Source: a virus
DNA: 64,000 bases
Virus record (IMG/VR): IMGVR_UViG_645058813_000002
Location: 6,606-70,605 of that record
Reading direction: 5' to 3' (one strand)
The notes under the pieces are model-generated. The model ran no database searches. It had not been told where the DNA came from and was given only the letters and a program-made list of their open reading frames with translations. Positions 20,201 to 30,375 of this stretch are shown here, piece by piece. Made by a program: the position numbers and the translations under genes. Numbering within the stretch: the first letter of the stretch is position 1; each line of letters begins with the position of its first letter.

Positions 20201-21444
20201 AACAACAAAAGATTATACAAAAAGAAGTTGATTACTACAAAGAAGCAGCTCAGGAAGAAATAGATGTATGCAAAGAAAATGCAAAGCAGCAATTAAATAT
20301 TGCAAAAGAAAAGCAATCTAAGTTAGAGCAATTGATAAAAGGTGTAACTACTGCATTAAAAGAACAACTTAATCAGCAAAAAGAAGCTACTATAAATGCT
20401 ATTGAAGCTGAAATGGATGCAGAGGAAAAAAGATATAATAAAAAGATTGCTAATATAGAGAAATCTACTAAACGAAAAGTTGAAGCGGTACAAAAAGAAA
20501 TTGCAGCTTTAGATGAAGAAAAAGAATCTGAAAGTAGATTAAAAGAAATACAAGAATCTAAAAACAATATTGCAGTTCTTGAAGCAAAGATGGCTAATAC
20601 AAAGTCAGAAGCTGATAAAAAAGCATATGCATTAAAAATTAAAAATGCTAAAGCGGAACTTTCTAATAAACAGAGTGATTGGGATAGAGAAGATGCCAAG
20701 AAGGAATTACAAGAAAGAATAGATGATCTTAATGTAAAAGCTGATACTAAAAAGCAACACTTAAAAGAAGATTATGAAGAAACTAAAAAGCATTATGAGA
20801 AGCAAAAGAAAGCAGCAGAAAATTATTATAAAACTCTTTTAGATACAGATAATTTAAATGCTCAAGCTAGATATGTACTATTAACTAATAGTAATGAACA
20901 GTTGGTACAATTATTAAACTCTTACGCTCCAAATTGGCAAAATGCAGGGCAATCTCTTGCAGATAGTCTTATTAATGGACTTAACAGTAAAAAGCAAGAT
21001 ATGGCTAATGCAGTACAAGAATTAACAAGTCTTAGAAGTAAGCAGGTAAGTGGATATGCAACAGGAACATCTTATAATAGATTAGCAGGTACGTATACAG
21101 TGGATGAAAAAGGCTTTGAATTATCTACTAATAATAATCCAGTCGCTTATGTTTCTAAAGGTGCAGGAATATTAAATCATATGCAATCTTTAAAAGCAAT
21201 TAAAGATGAAGTATCAAGTCAAGTTGCTAATCAAATGTCTATACTTAGAAATATAGTACAAGGTCAGCAACAACAAATGTATGCACTTGCAGGCGCTATG
21301 GCAGGAGTAGTTAATAATAGTAGTTCTATTCGTGAGGGAGACATAAACTTCAACGTAGATAAATACTACAACAATACTAAATCTGATATAAAAGAAACTG
21401 CAGAAGAATTAGGATTCTATGCTCAAAGAAAGAAAAGATGCTAA
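17299..21444 (+). CDS. Tail tape measure protein (TP901-type core) with long C-terminal coiled coil
   Basis: ASTKFSATESAEAMQYMAMAGW core, Trp-rich repeats, FDIHSPSRVM. Confidence 0.95.
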   Translation: MADGTVVIDTELDNSGIEKGWKEANTSAKAQAAKLAAEYKKQGMSASEAFKKAWSEIERDSKEKSNKTSDNWSSCSDKLKGIASEAAKIVATSIAGIGTTLGGIGAYAIKVGSDFEAGMSKVKAISGATASDMELLSAKAKEMGASTKFSATESAEAMQYMAMAGWKTEQMIDGIGGIMNLAAADGLDLATTSDIVTDALTAFGLQAKDSTHFADVLAQASSTANTNVSMLGESFKYVAPVCGSMGYTAEDTSIALGIMANSGIKASQAGMTLKNAIVNMASPTSNMQKIMDQYHLSLTNTDGSMKSLKEVMDMLRDKMGGLDQATQAAAASTLFGKESMAGMLAVINASDSDFDKLTDAINNADGAAQQMADTMNDNLQGKITLLKSALEGVGIALYDKFKEPLKDAIDTAADSMSSLVESISGGDLSGSIDKIADGFSKLIINVSDFAANALPTVLEGFAWLLDNSNTIATGIVGIGTAMLTLNVANMINGVVKAFQAARVAEEGLTVAQWLLNAAMDANPIGIVISIIAGLVAAIIYLWNTNEGFRNAIIGAWTAICDAASSIWGSICSFFTETIPAALNACIDFISSNWQNLLLLLVNQFAGAFALLYSNCDGFREFIDQFVQSVCDFFTETIPEALQSTGEWFSQLPNMIAYGLGAAVGAIAEWCVECYDYLSTNIPVWIDSIGTWFSNLPDAISTWLSQTISDIGTWGSNMLNTAINWVSNIISSIGNWFSQLPSSISNGLSSALNALINWGSNMLSSAVSACKEIVDGIVNAFIDLPSKMVEIGKNIVLGIKDGIKNAWDSMTGWIGGLCTSFVDGVKSQFDIHSPSRVMRDQVGKWIPLGIAEGLKATTGNLLDTATDICKQLSNTFTSELNANTAQRYIDTISNWGGSFAVLAEELQNAKDAVEISNAKSIDDNIWYRDAKYRLEDVKSKLEELSETISDTEDKSTKESLQTQQKALQKQQKIIQKEVDYYKEAAQEEIDVCKENAKQQLNIAKEKQSKLEQLIKGVTTALKEQLNQQKEATINAIEAEMDAEEKRYNKKIANIEKSTKRKVEAVQKEIAALDEEKESESRLKEIQESKNNIAVLEAKMANTKSEADKKAYALKIKNAKAELSNKQSDWDREDAKKELQERIDDLNVKADTKKQHLKEDYEETKKHYEKQKKAAENYYKTLLDTDNLNAQARYVLLTNSNEQLVQLLNSYAPNWQNAGQSLADSLINGLNSKKQDMANAVQELTSLRSKQVSGYATGTSYNRLAGTYTVDEKGFELSTNNNPVAYVSKGAGILNHMQSLKAIKDEVSSQVANQMSILRNIVQGQQQQMYALAGAMAGVVNNSSSIREGDINFNVDKYYNNTKSDIKETAEELGFYAQRKKRC

Positions 21445-21457
21445 GGAGGGATATTAG

Positions 21458-22141
21458 TTGAGACATACTCTTATATGGAATGGTAAAACAGCAGAGGATA
21501 TGGGATTAAAAATAATATCCCTTCCTCCAATTCAATTATCTACAGAAAGAATAGATGAAAAAGAAATTGAGGGTAGAGAAGGAACTCTTACTTTTATAAA
21601 TGGTTATACAAGTGATGAAAAAACAGTTGAATGTGATTATAAAGGAAACAAAACTTGGAAAATTGCGAACTGGTTACAAGGTAGTGGAAAAGTTATTTTT
21701 GGAAATATGGAAGATAGATACTATAAGGCACGAATTAGCAATGTAGTTCCAATAAACCAGGTATTAGAAAACTATTTATATAATTTTCAAATTAAGTTTA
21801 AATGCAAGCCTTTTGGGTACCTTTTAGAAGGAAATTATCCTATAGAAATTATTAAAAGTGGTACAACTATTTATAATGGTAAGGCTACTTATAAAAGCTT
21901 ACCACTAATTACTGTTTATGGAACTGGTACAGGAGTTTTAAAGGTCAATAATACAAGTTATGCTATAACAAATATAGGTACTTCAATAACGCTAGATTCT
22001 GAATTAGAGGAAGTACTAGGAGATAAAGGGCAATACTTCGAATCAGACAAATTTCCGATATTAGAAGTTGGAGAAAATAATATCTCTTGGTCTGGTGGAA
22101 TAACTAAAGTTGAAATAGTTCCTAGATGGAGGTGTAAATAA
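21458..22141 (+). CDS. Distal tail protein (Dit)
   Basis: After TMP; FKCKPFGY, EIVPRWRC. Confidence 0.85.
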   Translation: MRHTLIWNGKTAEDMGLKIISLPPIQLSTERIDEKEIEGREGTLTFINGYTSDEKTVECDYKGNKTWKIANWLQGSGKVIFGNMEDRYYKARISNVVPINQVLENYLYNFQIKFKCKPFGYLLEGNYPIEIIKSGTTIYNGKATYKSLPLITVYGTGTGVLKVNNTSYAITNIGTSITLDSELEEVLGDKGQYFESDKFPILEVGENNISWSGGITKVEIVPRWRCK

Positions 22142-23896
22142 TTGATAAAGTTATTTGGAGCAAATGAGACTAATTTTAAGCATTGCAAATGGGTACTCAG
22201 CGAGGTTTTAAGTGTATATATAACAGAAACTACAGAGGGTAACTTCGAATTAGATTTGGAGTATCCTCTTTTTGATTCTAAAAATTTATCTAGGTATTTA
22301 ATTAGAGGAAATATTATAAGTTGTGAATGCTATGATAATAGACCAGATCAGTTGTTTAAAATTAGAAAAGCTAATAAAAGTACAGAAAATAAAGTGATAA
22401 CTGTATATGCAGAAGCTATAGGAAGAGCTGATGCAGATAATAATTATATTCCTGGATTAGAAATACCTAAAGGAAAAACACGTAGAGAAGCTTTGCAAAT
22501 AGTATTAAATAATAGAGCTGATAAAAGAAGAAACTACACTATAGGAAGTTTAGACACTAGTACTAATACAAATGTAAATCTTGGCTTAGACGATAATGGA
22601 AATATTATTAACTATGTAGATATTGCTGATAAGTCTCTTTTAAAAGCAATATTAGAAGAGAGTACAGATAGTACTAATTCATCTATCTATACAGCTTATA
22701 AAGGTGAGGTTATCTGGAATAATTTTGAGATAAATATGGTAGATGAAAGAGGAAAAGATAATAGTTTTATTATTAAGAGTGGTAAGAACTTAGAATCTTT
22801 AGAAGAAGAAATATCTGATATGGATGATAATTTTGCTACAGCATTAGTAATGAAGTCTAGTGATGGTTTATTCTTACCAAATCAAGAAATTATATATAGC
22901 CCTAATGCTAATAAATATGATAGGTATTTCTATAAAACAATACCCTGTGATGATGTATCTCTTGAAGATCTTATAACAGAAAATAGTTCTGATAAAGATA
23001 TTGAAGAAGCTAAGAAAGTTGTATATGAACAACTTAGAGAAAGAGCTGCTAAACAATTTGCTAATGGAATAGATAAGCCACCTACTAATTATACAGTTAA
23101 TTTTATTCAACTTGCTGATACAGAGGAGTATAAGGATTATGCGAAACTAAAAAAGTGTGAATTAGGTAATAATGTTACAACTATTTATTCTAAAATAGGA
23201 GTACGATCAGAAGGTAGAATAATTAGAATTAAATATAATGTACTTACTAAAAAAATAGAAGAAGTTGAAATTGGGGATAGGCTTAAAAAGTCTATAGTAG
23301 ATAATATAAATAATACAGAAAACAAGGTTGATAATGTAGAGGATAAGGTAAATGACAATAAGAATGACTTAAAAAAGACTAAAGTTACTATGGAAAAATA
23401 TAATAATTCAATAGTGCTAAAAGTTGAAAATTTATCTAAAGACACTATGGCCAAGATTGAAGTTTTAGAAAAAGAGATAGTTGCAAAAGTAAGTGAAGAG
23501 GAAATGTGGTCTTTAATAAAACTTAATCCAGGCAAAATATTACTTGCAGTAAATGATGAAAAGAATAGAACAGATGTAATTATTGATACAGATGGGTTAA
23601 CTGTTGAAAATGGTAAATTTAAAATATTTGATGAAGATAGTAGACAGGTATTCGGAGTATCTAAAGCAGGTACAGTAAAAATAGCTAAAATATTAAAAGT
23701 TGAAACTAAAAGCGATTTAACTGCTGAGTTAGACGGTTTTGGATTAATATTTGAAAGTGGAAATAAGAGCGCAGGAATTGAATTCAATTATGAAAAAGGT
23801 GATTTAGATATAACAACAGATAGATATTTAAGAATAAATGGAGAAAAGCTAGAAGATGTAATAAGAGCTGTACTAAAAAATGAAGGATTAATATAA
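22142..23896 (+). CDS. Tal-like baseplate hub / tail endopeptidase-family protein
   Basis: ELDLEYP, RGKDNSFIIKSGKNL, coiled-coil C-terminal half. Confidence 0.8.
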   Translation: MIKLFGANETNFKHCKWVLSEVLSVYITETTEGNFELDLEYPLFDSKNLSRYLIRGNIISCECYDNRPDQLFKIRKANKSTENKVITVYAEAIGRADADNNYIPGLEIPKGKTRREALQIVLNNRADKRRNYTIGSLDTSTNTNVNLGLDDNGNIINYVDIADKSLLKAILEESTDSTNSSIYTAYKGEVIWNNFEINMVDERGKDNSFIIKSGKNLESLEEEISDMDDNFATALVMKSSDGLFLPNQEIIYSPNANKYDRYFYKTIPCDDVSLEDLITENSSDKDIEEAKKVVYEQLRERAAKQFANGIDKPPTNYTVNFIQLADTEEYKDYAKLKKCELGNNVTTIYSKIGVRSEGRIIRIKYNVLTKKIEEVEIGDRLKKSIVDNINNTENKVDNVEDKVNDNKNDLKKTKVTMEKYNNSIVLKVENLSKDTMAKIEVLEKEIVAKVSEEEMWSLIKLNPGKILLAVNDEKNRTDVIIDTDGLTVENGKFKIFDEDSRQVFGVSKAGTVKIAKILKVETKSDLTAELDGFGLIFESGNKSAGIEFNYEKGDLDITTDRYLRINGEKLEDVIRAVLKNEGLI

Positions 23897-23914
23897 AAAA
23901 GAAAGGATGATTAA

Positions 23915-26827
23915 ATGAATATACATGAATTACCAACACTTAAAGTTGATTTAAAAGATAATTATGTAGTTGAAGCAGTATGTAAGCAATTAGATGATTT
24001 AATATTATCCTTTGAAATCTACAATAGTTATATACCAATAGATTTAAGTAGTTTTGATATAGAACTAAGAGCATTAAAAAGTGATAAAGTTCCAGTAATC
24101 CAGGATACTGATATTGTAATAACTAATAATAAATTAAAAATAAAGTGTAATCCACAACTTACAACATCTAGTGGCATAGTTAAGGCAGAATTAGAATGTA
24201 TAGAAAAAATAACTAAGGAAAAGAAATTTAGCTTTGATATAGAAATAGAGGTTAAACCATCTGTATTAGAAGTTAATAGAAGCATAAGTACACCTACATG
24301 TACATTAATGGAGAGACTAGAAAAAGATTTAGATAAAGTTAGAGATCTAGAATTTAACTTTAATGAAGCTGATAAATTAAACAGAGAATTGAAGAATACT
24401 ACAATTCCTACTGGAAATACATTAAAAACTAATTTAGACAATTCTATTTCAACTGGAACAACTTTAAAAAATGATATAGATAATAGAATAGTTACAGGAA
24501 ATAAATTAAAAACAGATATAGATAATAGTTCTACTGTAGCTACAACTAAAAAGGAACAATTAGATGGTGCTAATGTACAAGCTAAAAAGAATATTGAAAC
24601 TTTAAATAGTTTTGGAGATGCAAGTCAATTAACTAAAGATGTAACTACATTAAAAACTAAAGTCTTAGAAAACACATTAACATCTATAGAAACAGATTCT
24701 ACCCTAACTAAATTAGATAATTGCGAAAATGGTTTTGTTCGTAATATGCAGATAAAGGGAAGAACGTTGCAGAATTTATGGAATAATGAAAATGTAGTTA
24801 ATTTAAAAAATGACACTATGTTAATTCAAACAATTTCTACTGATGATTTTAGAATAAACATGCTAAAAGATAATATTGAATATTCAATAGTTAATTTATC
24901 TAATAAAAAAACAAGAGCAGATATAACAACTAAAAATAGTAATACTTATGTAAAAACACTTTATATAGAACCACATTCAATACAAAAGTTCACAATTTCA
25001 AGTCAGTATATATCTTCTTTTTATGGATTAATTTCAGAAGGCTGGACTAATACTGATTCAGATAAAGATATATTTAAAAAAGCATGTATGATACTTGAAG
25101 GTGAACTAAAAGAAGTACCAAGCTACTTTGAAGGAATCAAGAGTGTAGGCGAAGCAGAAGGTAATAAAATTAGTATTTTAACAACTGGTAAGAATTTATG
25201 GGACGGAACTTATCAAAAAGCATATGTCGGAGCTGAAAATGGAAGGACTTATAGAAATGACGATGCTTGTAGAGCGACAATAGTAAAATGTAAACCAAAT
25301 ACTAATTATATTTTTTCTAAACAATCCGAATCAGATAGAAAGACAATGGCTTGTTTTGATAATTTTCCAGTAAATAATTCAGTTGCTACAAAATCAGTTT
25401 TGTCAGATAAAATAACAACTGATGCAAATAGTAAATATTTAGTTGTGTATGTATCTACTAATAGAGAAGAACCTTTAATACAAATAGAAGAAGGTACAGA
25501 AAGTACAGCTTATGAAGAATATAAAGAAGATAAAACAGAAATTCTATTGCCTTCTCCTCACATGGGGTTGCCTGACGGGGTTTCTGATATTGTTGATTTT
25601 GATAAGAATGAGAGAATAAAAAATGTTGATAAAATGATACTTGATGGTACTAGAGGATGGACTGTTACTGGTGTAGAAAAACCTAATACTATTGAATTTC
25701 AATATAATTTTCCTATAATAGCTAGAAGTAGTTACTTATTATCTGATAAGTTCATATTTCGTGATGCTGATTTTTTATGGAATAGTGATGTTGAAGGAAT
25801 AACTTGTAATCCTACTAGAAACATTCAAATAAAGATATTAAAATCTAAACTATCTACACCAGATGTCGCAGGATTTAAGAAGTGGTTACAAGCTAATCCA
25901 ACCACAGTTTATTACCAATTAGCAGAGCCTAAAACAGAGAAACTAAACATTAAAGATACCTTACAAAGCTTTGAAAATGGATATATACAACTAGATAATG
26001 CTATTACTCCAACTACACAATTGGAATATAGTACGAACATTCCAAGTGCGATTGGTGGATTAACTAAAGTAGTGGATCATAATGTAGATGAAATTACAAA
26101 TATAGAATCTACTATATCTGATATGGACGCCGAGATTGGAGAAGCTAGAAAAGGTAAAACTACTTTGGAAGAAAGATTAGAAGAAGATAGAATTAACATT
26201 TTAAATGAAGTAGAAAAAAATACTAATAATATAGCCAAAATAGATAATTTTCTCAAAAGACCTATTATATTTCATCCAGATGGCACAGATTTAAATACAG
26301 TAACACAAACTGGACTCCATAGAATTATGACAGCAGTGAATTCACCATTAGGCAGTGCCATGGATTTTATGGTGGATGTTTTTAATCCTTTTGAAGGAAA
26401 CAATTCCGTAATACAAATGTGTTATTGTCTGTGGGAAGGTGCTGATATCATTTATGAGAGAAAATTTGTAAACAATAAATGGTATATAAGAAAAATAATA
26501 CCTACAGATGATACAGGATGGATTGATTTACCTTTGACAAATGGCATCACTGTAGATGGAAATATAATACCGCAATACAGAAGAGTAAATAATCAAGTTT
26601 TTATTTGTGGAAGTATCTTAGGAGTTGACTCAAGTGCTAAGACAGTAGCAACTTTACCAGTAGGGTTTAGACCTTCAAGAGCTAATTATTATGTTGGGTT
26701 TACAACAGGAACTTATACAAATGCAATCCGTATAGATTCTAATGGTAATATAATTGTGCAAAGTAATTCGTCTGGCACCTATGATCCAACCCGTTTTGCT
26801 ACACTTGGAACAAATTTTATAATATAA
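23915..26827 (+). CDS. Upper baseplate / receptor-binding tail fibre protein
   Basis: BppU-like N-terminus, coiled-coil stalk, C-terminal DTGWIDLPL...LPVGFRP fibre domain. Confidence 0.8.
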   Translation: MNIHELPTLKVDLKDNYVVEAVCKQLDDLILSFEIYNSYIPIDLSSFDIELRALKSDKVPVIQDTDIVITNNKLKIKCNPQLTTSSGIVKAELECIEKITKEKKFSFDIEIEVKPSVLEVNRSISTPTCTLMERLEKDLDKVRDLEFNFNEADKLNRELKNTTIPTGNTLKTNLDNSISTGTTLKNDIDNRIVTGNKLKTDIDNSSTVATTKKEQLDGANVQAKKNIETLNSFGDASQLTKDVTTLKTKVLENTLTSIETDSTLTKLDNCENGFVRNMQIKGRTLQNLWNNENVVNLKNDTMLIQTISTDDFRINMLKDNIEYSIVNLSNKKTRADITTKNSNTYVKTLYIEPHSIQKFTISSQYISSFYGLISEGWTNTDSDKDIFKKACMILEGELKEVPSYFEGIKSVGEAEGNKISILTTGKNLWDGTYQKAYVGAENGRTYRNDDACRATIVKCKPNTNYIFSKQSESDRKTMACFDNFPVNNSVATKSVLSDKITTDANSKYLVVYVSTNREEPLIQIEEGTESTAYEEYKEDKTEILLPSPHMGLPDGVSDIVDFDKNERIKNVDKMILDGTRGWTVTGVEKPNTIEFQYNFPIIARSSYLLSDKFIFRDADFLWNSDVEGITCNPTRNIQIKILKSKLSTPDVAGFKKWLQANPTTVYYQLAEPKTEKLNIKDTLQSFENGYIQLDNAITPTTQLEYSTNIPSAIGGLTKVVDHNVDEITNIESTISDMDAEIGEARKGKTTLEERLEEDRINILNEVEKNTNNIAKIDNFLKRPIIFHPDGTDLNTVTQTGLHRIMTAVNSPLGSAMDFMVDVFNPFEGNNSVIQMCYCLWEGADIIYERKFVNNKWYIRKIIPTDDTGWIDLPLTNGITVDGNIIPQYRRVNNQVFICGSILGVDSSAKTVATLPVGFRPSRANYYVGFTTGTYTNAIRIDSNGNIIVQSNSSGTYDPTRFATLGTNFII

Positions 26828-26844
26828 ATTAAGGAAGTGAAAAA

Positions 26845-27189
26845 ATGTATTTGCATAAAACAATAATAGATAATCAGGGGGTTATAATAGAAAAATGTGT
26901 TTTGTTTATAGATAACAAGTCACATGAGTTTGAAATTACAGAAGATATGAAAATAGTAGATAGATATACTCTTGATAATGAACTTATTAAACCTAAATGG
27001 GATTTTGACAATAAAAAATGGATAGAAAGTGCTACCGAGGAAGAAATTCAAGAATGGGAAGAACTAAATAAACTAAATCCTAAAGAACCAAATGAAGTTG
27101 AACAATTACAAAAACAATTATTAGAAACACAAAATATGGTATTAGAGTTGCAATATAAATTAACAAATAAAGATTTAGACATTAAATAA
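26845..27189 (+). CDS. Tail-fibre-associated protein
   Basis: PKWDFDNKKWIESAT, C-terminal coiled coil, after RBP. Confidence 0.7.
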   Translation: MYLHKTIIDNQGVIIEKCVLFIDNKSHEFEITEDMKIVDRYTLDNELIKPKWDFDNKKWIESATEEEIQEWEELNKLNPKEPNEVEQLQKQLLETQNMVLELQYKLTNKDLDIK

Positions 27190-27218
27190 ATTAATATAAA
27201 TGAAAGGAAAGATGTAGA

Positions 27219-27464
27219 ATGTTATACAATGTAATTAAAAACTTAATTAATCACAATTATTATGAGAAAGAGGATATGACTAATAAATTAAATGTTTTTA
27301 TGTTAGTAAATCAAATAGCCCAAGACCAATACTTGGAATTGTTAGCTATGATTAATCCTGTTGAAAAGAAAGAGGAAGTTAAGGTTGATAAGGTTGAAGA
27401 AAAGCCAAAGGATAATATAGAAATAACAGAGGATAAGAAAGTAGAAGAAAACACAACAGTTTAG
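27219..27464 (+). CDS. XkdX-like small protein
   Basis: IAQDQYLELLAMI motif, position before lysis genes. Confidence 0.65.
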   Translation: MLYNVIKNLINHNYYEKEDMTNKLNVFMLVNQIAQDQYLELLAMINPVEKKEEVKVDKVEEKPKDNIEITEDKKVEENTTV

Positions 27465-27493
27465 TTCGCAATAGCAAAATAGGATGAAAATTT

Positions 27494-27538
27494 AAAGAGC
27501 AATGTACCAGGACCGAATAGGTCTTTTTTTATTGCTCT
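27494..27538 (+). terminator. Terminator at the end of the tail operon
   Basis: AAAGAGCAAT...ATTGCTCT stem enclosing a hairpin and an 8-T run. Confidence 0.65.
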
Positions 27539-27598
27539 AAAAAGGATTTAATGTTAATATATAGAATTTAATATTATAAAACTTAAGGAGGGATTTTT

Positions 27599-27670
27599 AT
27601 GACAGGTTCATCAAGAGGAATAGAATCAGGTGGAACATGGGGAATTGACTCAGGCAATAGTTGGGGCTAA
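27599..27670 (+). CDS. 23-aa Gly/Ser-rich peptide MTGSSRGIESGGTWGIDSGNSWG, not in ORF track
   Basis: Strong RBS AAGGAGGG before ATG; hairpins on both sides (27494-27538, 27682-27707). Confidence 0.6.
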   Translation: MTGSSRGIESGGTWGIDSGNSWG

Positions 27671-27737
27671 AATCAAAAATTAAAGATAGTTTTAAACTGT
27701 CTTTTTTATTACTTAAAATTAGAAAGAAGGTTTATAA

Positions 27738-28151
27738 ATGGAAAAAATTTTAAATGTATTACGTTATCTAGTTGCAATAATAGGAACAGGACTTACTTGG
27801 TTGTTTGGAACATGGGATATGGCATTAATTATTTTAATAATATTTATGGCTTTAGATTATGGGACAGGAGTTTTAAGAGGATATATAAATAAAGAGTTGT
27901 CAAGTAATGTTGGTTTAAAGGGTATAGCAAGAAAAGCAGTTATACTTATAGTTCTCATTGTAGCTGTATGTTTAGATAGACTTATAAATACTGGAGAGTG
28001 GATTTTTAGGACGACCGTTGCTTATTTTTATATAGCAAATGAGGGCTTAAGTTTAATAGAAAATTGTGCAACACTTGGTGCACCAGTTCCAGAAAAATTA
28101 TTAGATGCACTAGCACAACTTAAAGATGGAGAAAAAAAGCAATTTAGATAG
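27738..28151 (+). CDS. Holin (phage holin 4 family)
   Basis: LDYGTG...GLKGIARK...ANEGLSLIEN...GAPVP. Confidence 0.92.
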   Translation: MEKILNVLRYLVAIIGTGLTWLFGTWDMALIILIIFMALDYGTGVLRGYINKELSSNVGLKGIARKAVILIVLIVAVCLDRLINTGEWIFRTTVAYFYIANEGLSLIENCATLGAPVPEKLLDALAQLKDGEKKQFR

Positions 28152-28202
28152 TATTTTTAAGCTAACTAAATTATTCTTTTATATTAATAAGGAGGAGATT
28201 AT

Positions 28203-28988
28203 ATGTCTAATTGGAAATGGTGTGTTGAAGATACTAATGGAAAAGTTATAAAAGGTTGGTATGAAGACAACGGAACTTGGTACTATTTAAATGATGAAGG
28301 TGTAATGCAAACAGGGTGGTTAGAAGATAAAGATGGTCGTTGGTATTACTTAGATGAAAGTGGAGCTATGAAAACAGGTTGGTTAAAGGATAATGGTAAA
28401 TGGTATTATCTAAATCCTATAGGCAATGGTTACAAGGGAGAAATGTATGGTAACTGTACCGCTACTATAGAAGGAAAAGAATATAAATTTGATTCTACTG
28501 GTGCATGGATAGAAGATAGTTTAGTAAGTTCTAAAGGAATAGACTTTATAAAGTCGTGGGAGGGTTTTTATCCTAATAAGTATTATGATTGTGTTGGTGT
28601 TTTAACACAAGGTTACGGATTAACAGGAGATGAAATAAAAAATCTTCCAGAACAAATTTCTGAGTCTGAAGCAGCTGCATTATTAAAAAAAGTAGTTAAT
28701 AATAAATATGCTAAGGCTATAAAAGATGATTTAGATTCTAAAGGCATATGCCTAAAACAACATGAATTTGATGCATTAGTAAGTTTTGCATATAATTGTG
28801 GAACAGCAGGATTGTTAGGTTCTACACTATATAAAAATGTAATTGCAGGAATAAGAAATAAAGATACAATTACTTCTAACTTCCAAGCCTGGTCTAATGG
28901 GGGTGGTAAAAGAATAGAAGGACTTTACAGACGTAGAACTAAAGAAGCAGCTATGTTTTTAGATGGAGATTATACAGGTAATGTTTAA
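28203..28988 (+). CDS. Endolysin: cell-wall-binding repeats + GH24 lysozyme
   Basis: GW...WYYL repeats; IKSWEG...YYDCVGVLTQGYG; FDALVSFAYNCG; GLYRRRTKE. Confidence 0.92.
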   Translation: MSNWKWCVEDTNGKVIKGWYEDNGTWYYLNDEGVMQTGWLEDKDGRWYYLDESGAMKTGWLKDNGKWYYLNPIGNGYKGEMYGNCTATIEGKEYKFDSTGAWIEDSLVSSKGIDFIKSWEGFYPNKYYDCVGVLTQGYGLTGDEIKNLPEQISESEAAALLKKVVNNKYAKAIKDDLDSKGICLKQHEFDALVSFAYNCGTAGLLGSTLYKNVIAGIRNKDTITSNFQAWSNGGGKRIEGLYRRRTKEAAMFLDGDYTGNV

Positions 28989-29098
28989 AAAACAAAGAAT
29001 ATAACAATAAATTAATGCATATATTTATTATATATACATTTCAATTTCCATGCAGGTGAACCTTGCAATTTATCGTTAATTTATATCCTGAACAATTA

Positions 29099-29146
29099 AA
29101 AAGTAGTGGTATATATTAAGCTTTATATACTACTACTTCTTCTTTT
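29099..29146 (+). terminator. Terminator after the lysis module
   Basis: AAGTAGTGGTATATA...TATATACTACTACTT stem followed by T-rich tail. Confidence 0.6.
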
Positions 29147-29510
29147 GTTATGTAATTTAAGGGTAATATTAAGGAACAATTAATTGCGAGATGAATATAT
29201 TAATAGTATAGCTCAGTTGTTAAAGTTGTATAAGTCGGTGTTAATTTTTAGAACTAATTTTTTAGAAATAATAATATATATTATTATTAAGTTTAAAAAG
29301 ATATAAGAAATCACCTTTTTAGAATGGAGTATAAATTATTTCGATATACCACTATTATTTTTTGTTATGTGTCTATAGAAGTTTGTGACTTAAGATATTT
29401 TAGATAGTTGGCTTTATGCAATAAAATAGTATATAATAAATATGCGGAATTACACAAAATTAGAAAACATTTAAGGGTAGCAGATAGGAGAAATCTTCTT
29501 TGCTACCATT

Positions 29511-29713
29511 TTATTTTCTATTCTTTATAAAAAATCTAAAGACAAAAAAGGGGTTTAATCCCAATTCTTTAGCTATTTTTAAAATTAAATTTATAGTTGG
29601 ATTACATTTATCTGGATGATTTTCTAATTTACTTACATAACTTTTGCTTATCCCTATTTTTTTGCAAATTTCAATTCAGTTAGATTTTTTTCTACTCTTT
29701 TCTTCTTTAGCAT
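29511..29713 (-). pseudogene. Small XRE HTH, paralogue of 32299-32514, frameshifted at an A7 run
   Basis: MLKKKRVEKNLTELKFAKK, shift, IGISKSYVSKLENHPDKCNPTINLILKIAKELGLNPFF; run at 29657-29663 is one base short. Confidence 0.85.
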
Positions 29714-29735
29714 ATAATCACCCTTAAAATTTCAT

Positions 29736-29742
29736 TGTCGAA
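29736..29742 (+). promoter_or_regulatory. Spo0A box (TGTCGAA)
   Basis: Exact TGNCGAA consensus between the divergent XRE genes. Confidence 0.45.
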
Positions 29743-29933
29743 AGTTTACTGGTAGTGAACAATTTTTAAGTTATAATTGTTTTCAAGAAGTGCTCTTGTA
29801 GGAAAAATTTATTTTATTTAAATTTATTATGTGCAAAAATAAAGAATATATCAATAAAAATTCTCTTATAAAACACAAAATTAATATCACAATCCTAATT
29901 CTTGTAAAATTTAGAATTAGAGGTGATAGGTAG

Positions 29934-30212
29934 ATGTTAGGTGAGAGATTAAAAGAATTAAGAGATGAGAGGGAATTAAAGCAAGAAGATGTTGCAGCTA
30001 AATTAAATATAGGTCGAAGTACTTATGCAAATTATGAAACAGAAAGAGCCGAACCAGGAATAGCTGTTTTAAAAGATATTGCAAGTTTCTATAATGTAAG
30101 TATAGATTTCTTGTGTGGATACACAAATATAAGAGAGCCTTACATTAAGGATAAGAGGAAATCAGAATATATTAATGATTGTTTAAAGACTTATGAAAAA
30201 TTTTTAAAATAA
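29934..30212 (+). CDS. XRE-family transcriptional regulator
   Basis: LKQEDVAAKLNIGRSTYANYE HTH. Confidence 0.93.
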   Translation: MLGERLKELRDERELKQEDVAAKLNIGRSTYANYETERAEPGIAVLKDIASFYNVSIDFLCGYTNIREPYIKDKRKSEYINDCLKTYEKFLK

Positions 30213-30375
30213 TTTTTTTTTTTCGCACTTTATTTGTATTGTGAAGTTATATGATAATGGTATAATCCTTTAAACATAAGAATTATTAACTTTTTCATAA
30301 GGTTATTTATAATTTGAATACTTCGCACTTTAATAAAAATTATGTATTATATAGTAAAGGAGAGATGGTGAAAAA

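Noticed and set aside
19900-20900. Coiled-coil region as a separate SMC-like gene
   Set aside because: Continuous frame with the tape measure and no Walker motifs
23915-26827. Diversity-generating retroelement acting on the tail fibre
   Set aside because: No reverse transcriptase and no template/variable repeat pair seen in the window
29203-29240. TAGCTCAGTTG looks like a tRNA D-arm
   Set aside because: No acceptor stem, anticodon arm or T-arm can be formed
29213-29314. 33-aa hydrophobic minus-strand ORF as a type I toxin
   Set aside because: GTG start without an upstream RBS; hydrophobicity is expected from AT-rich DNA
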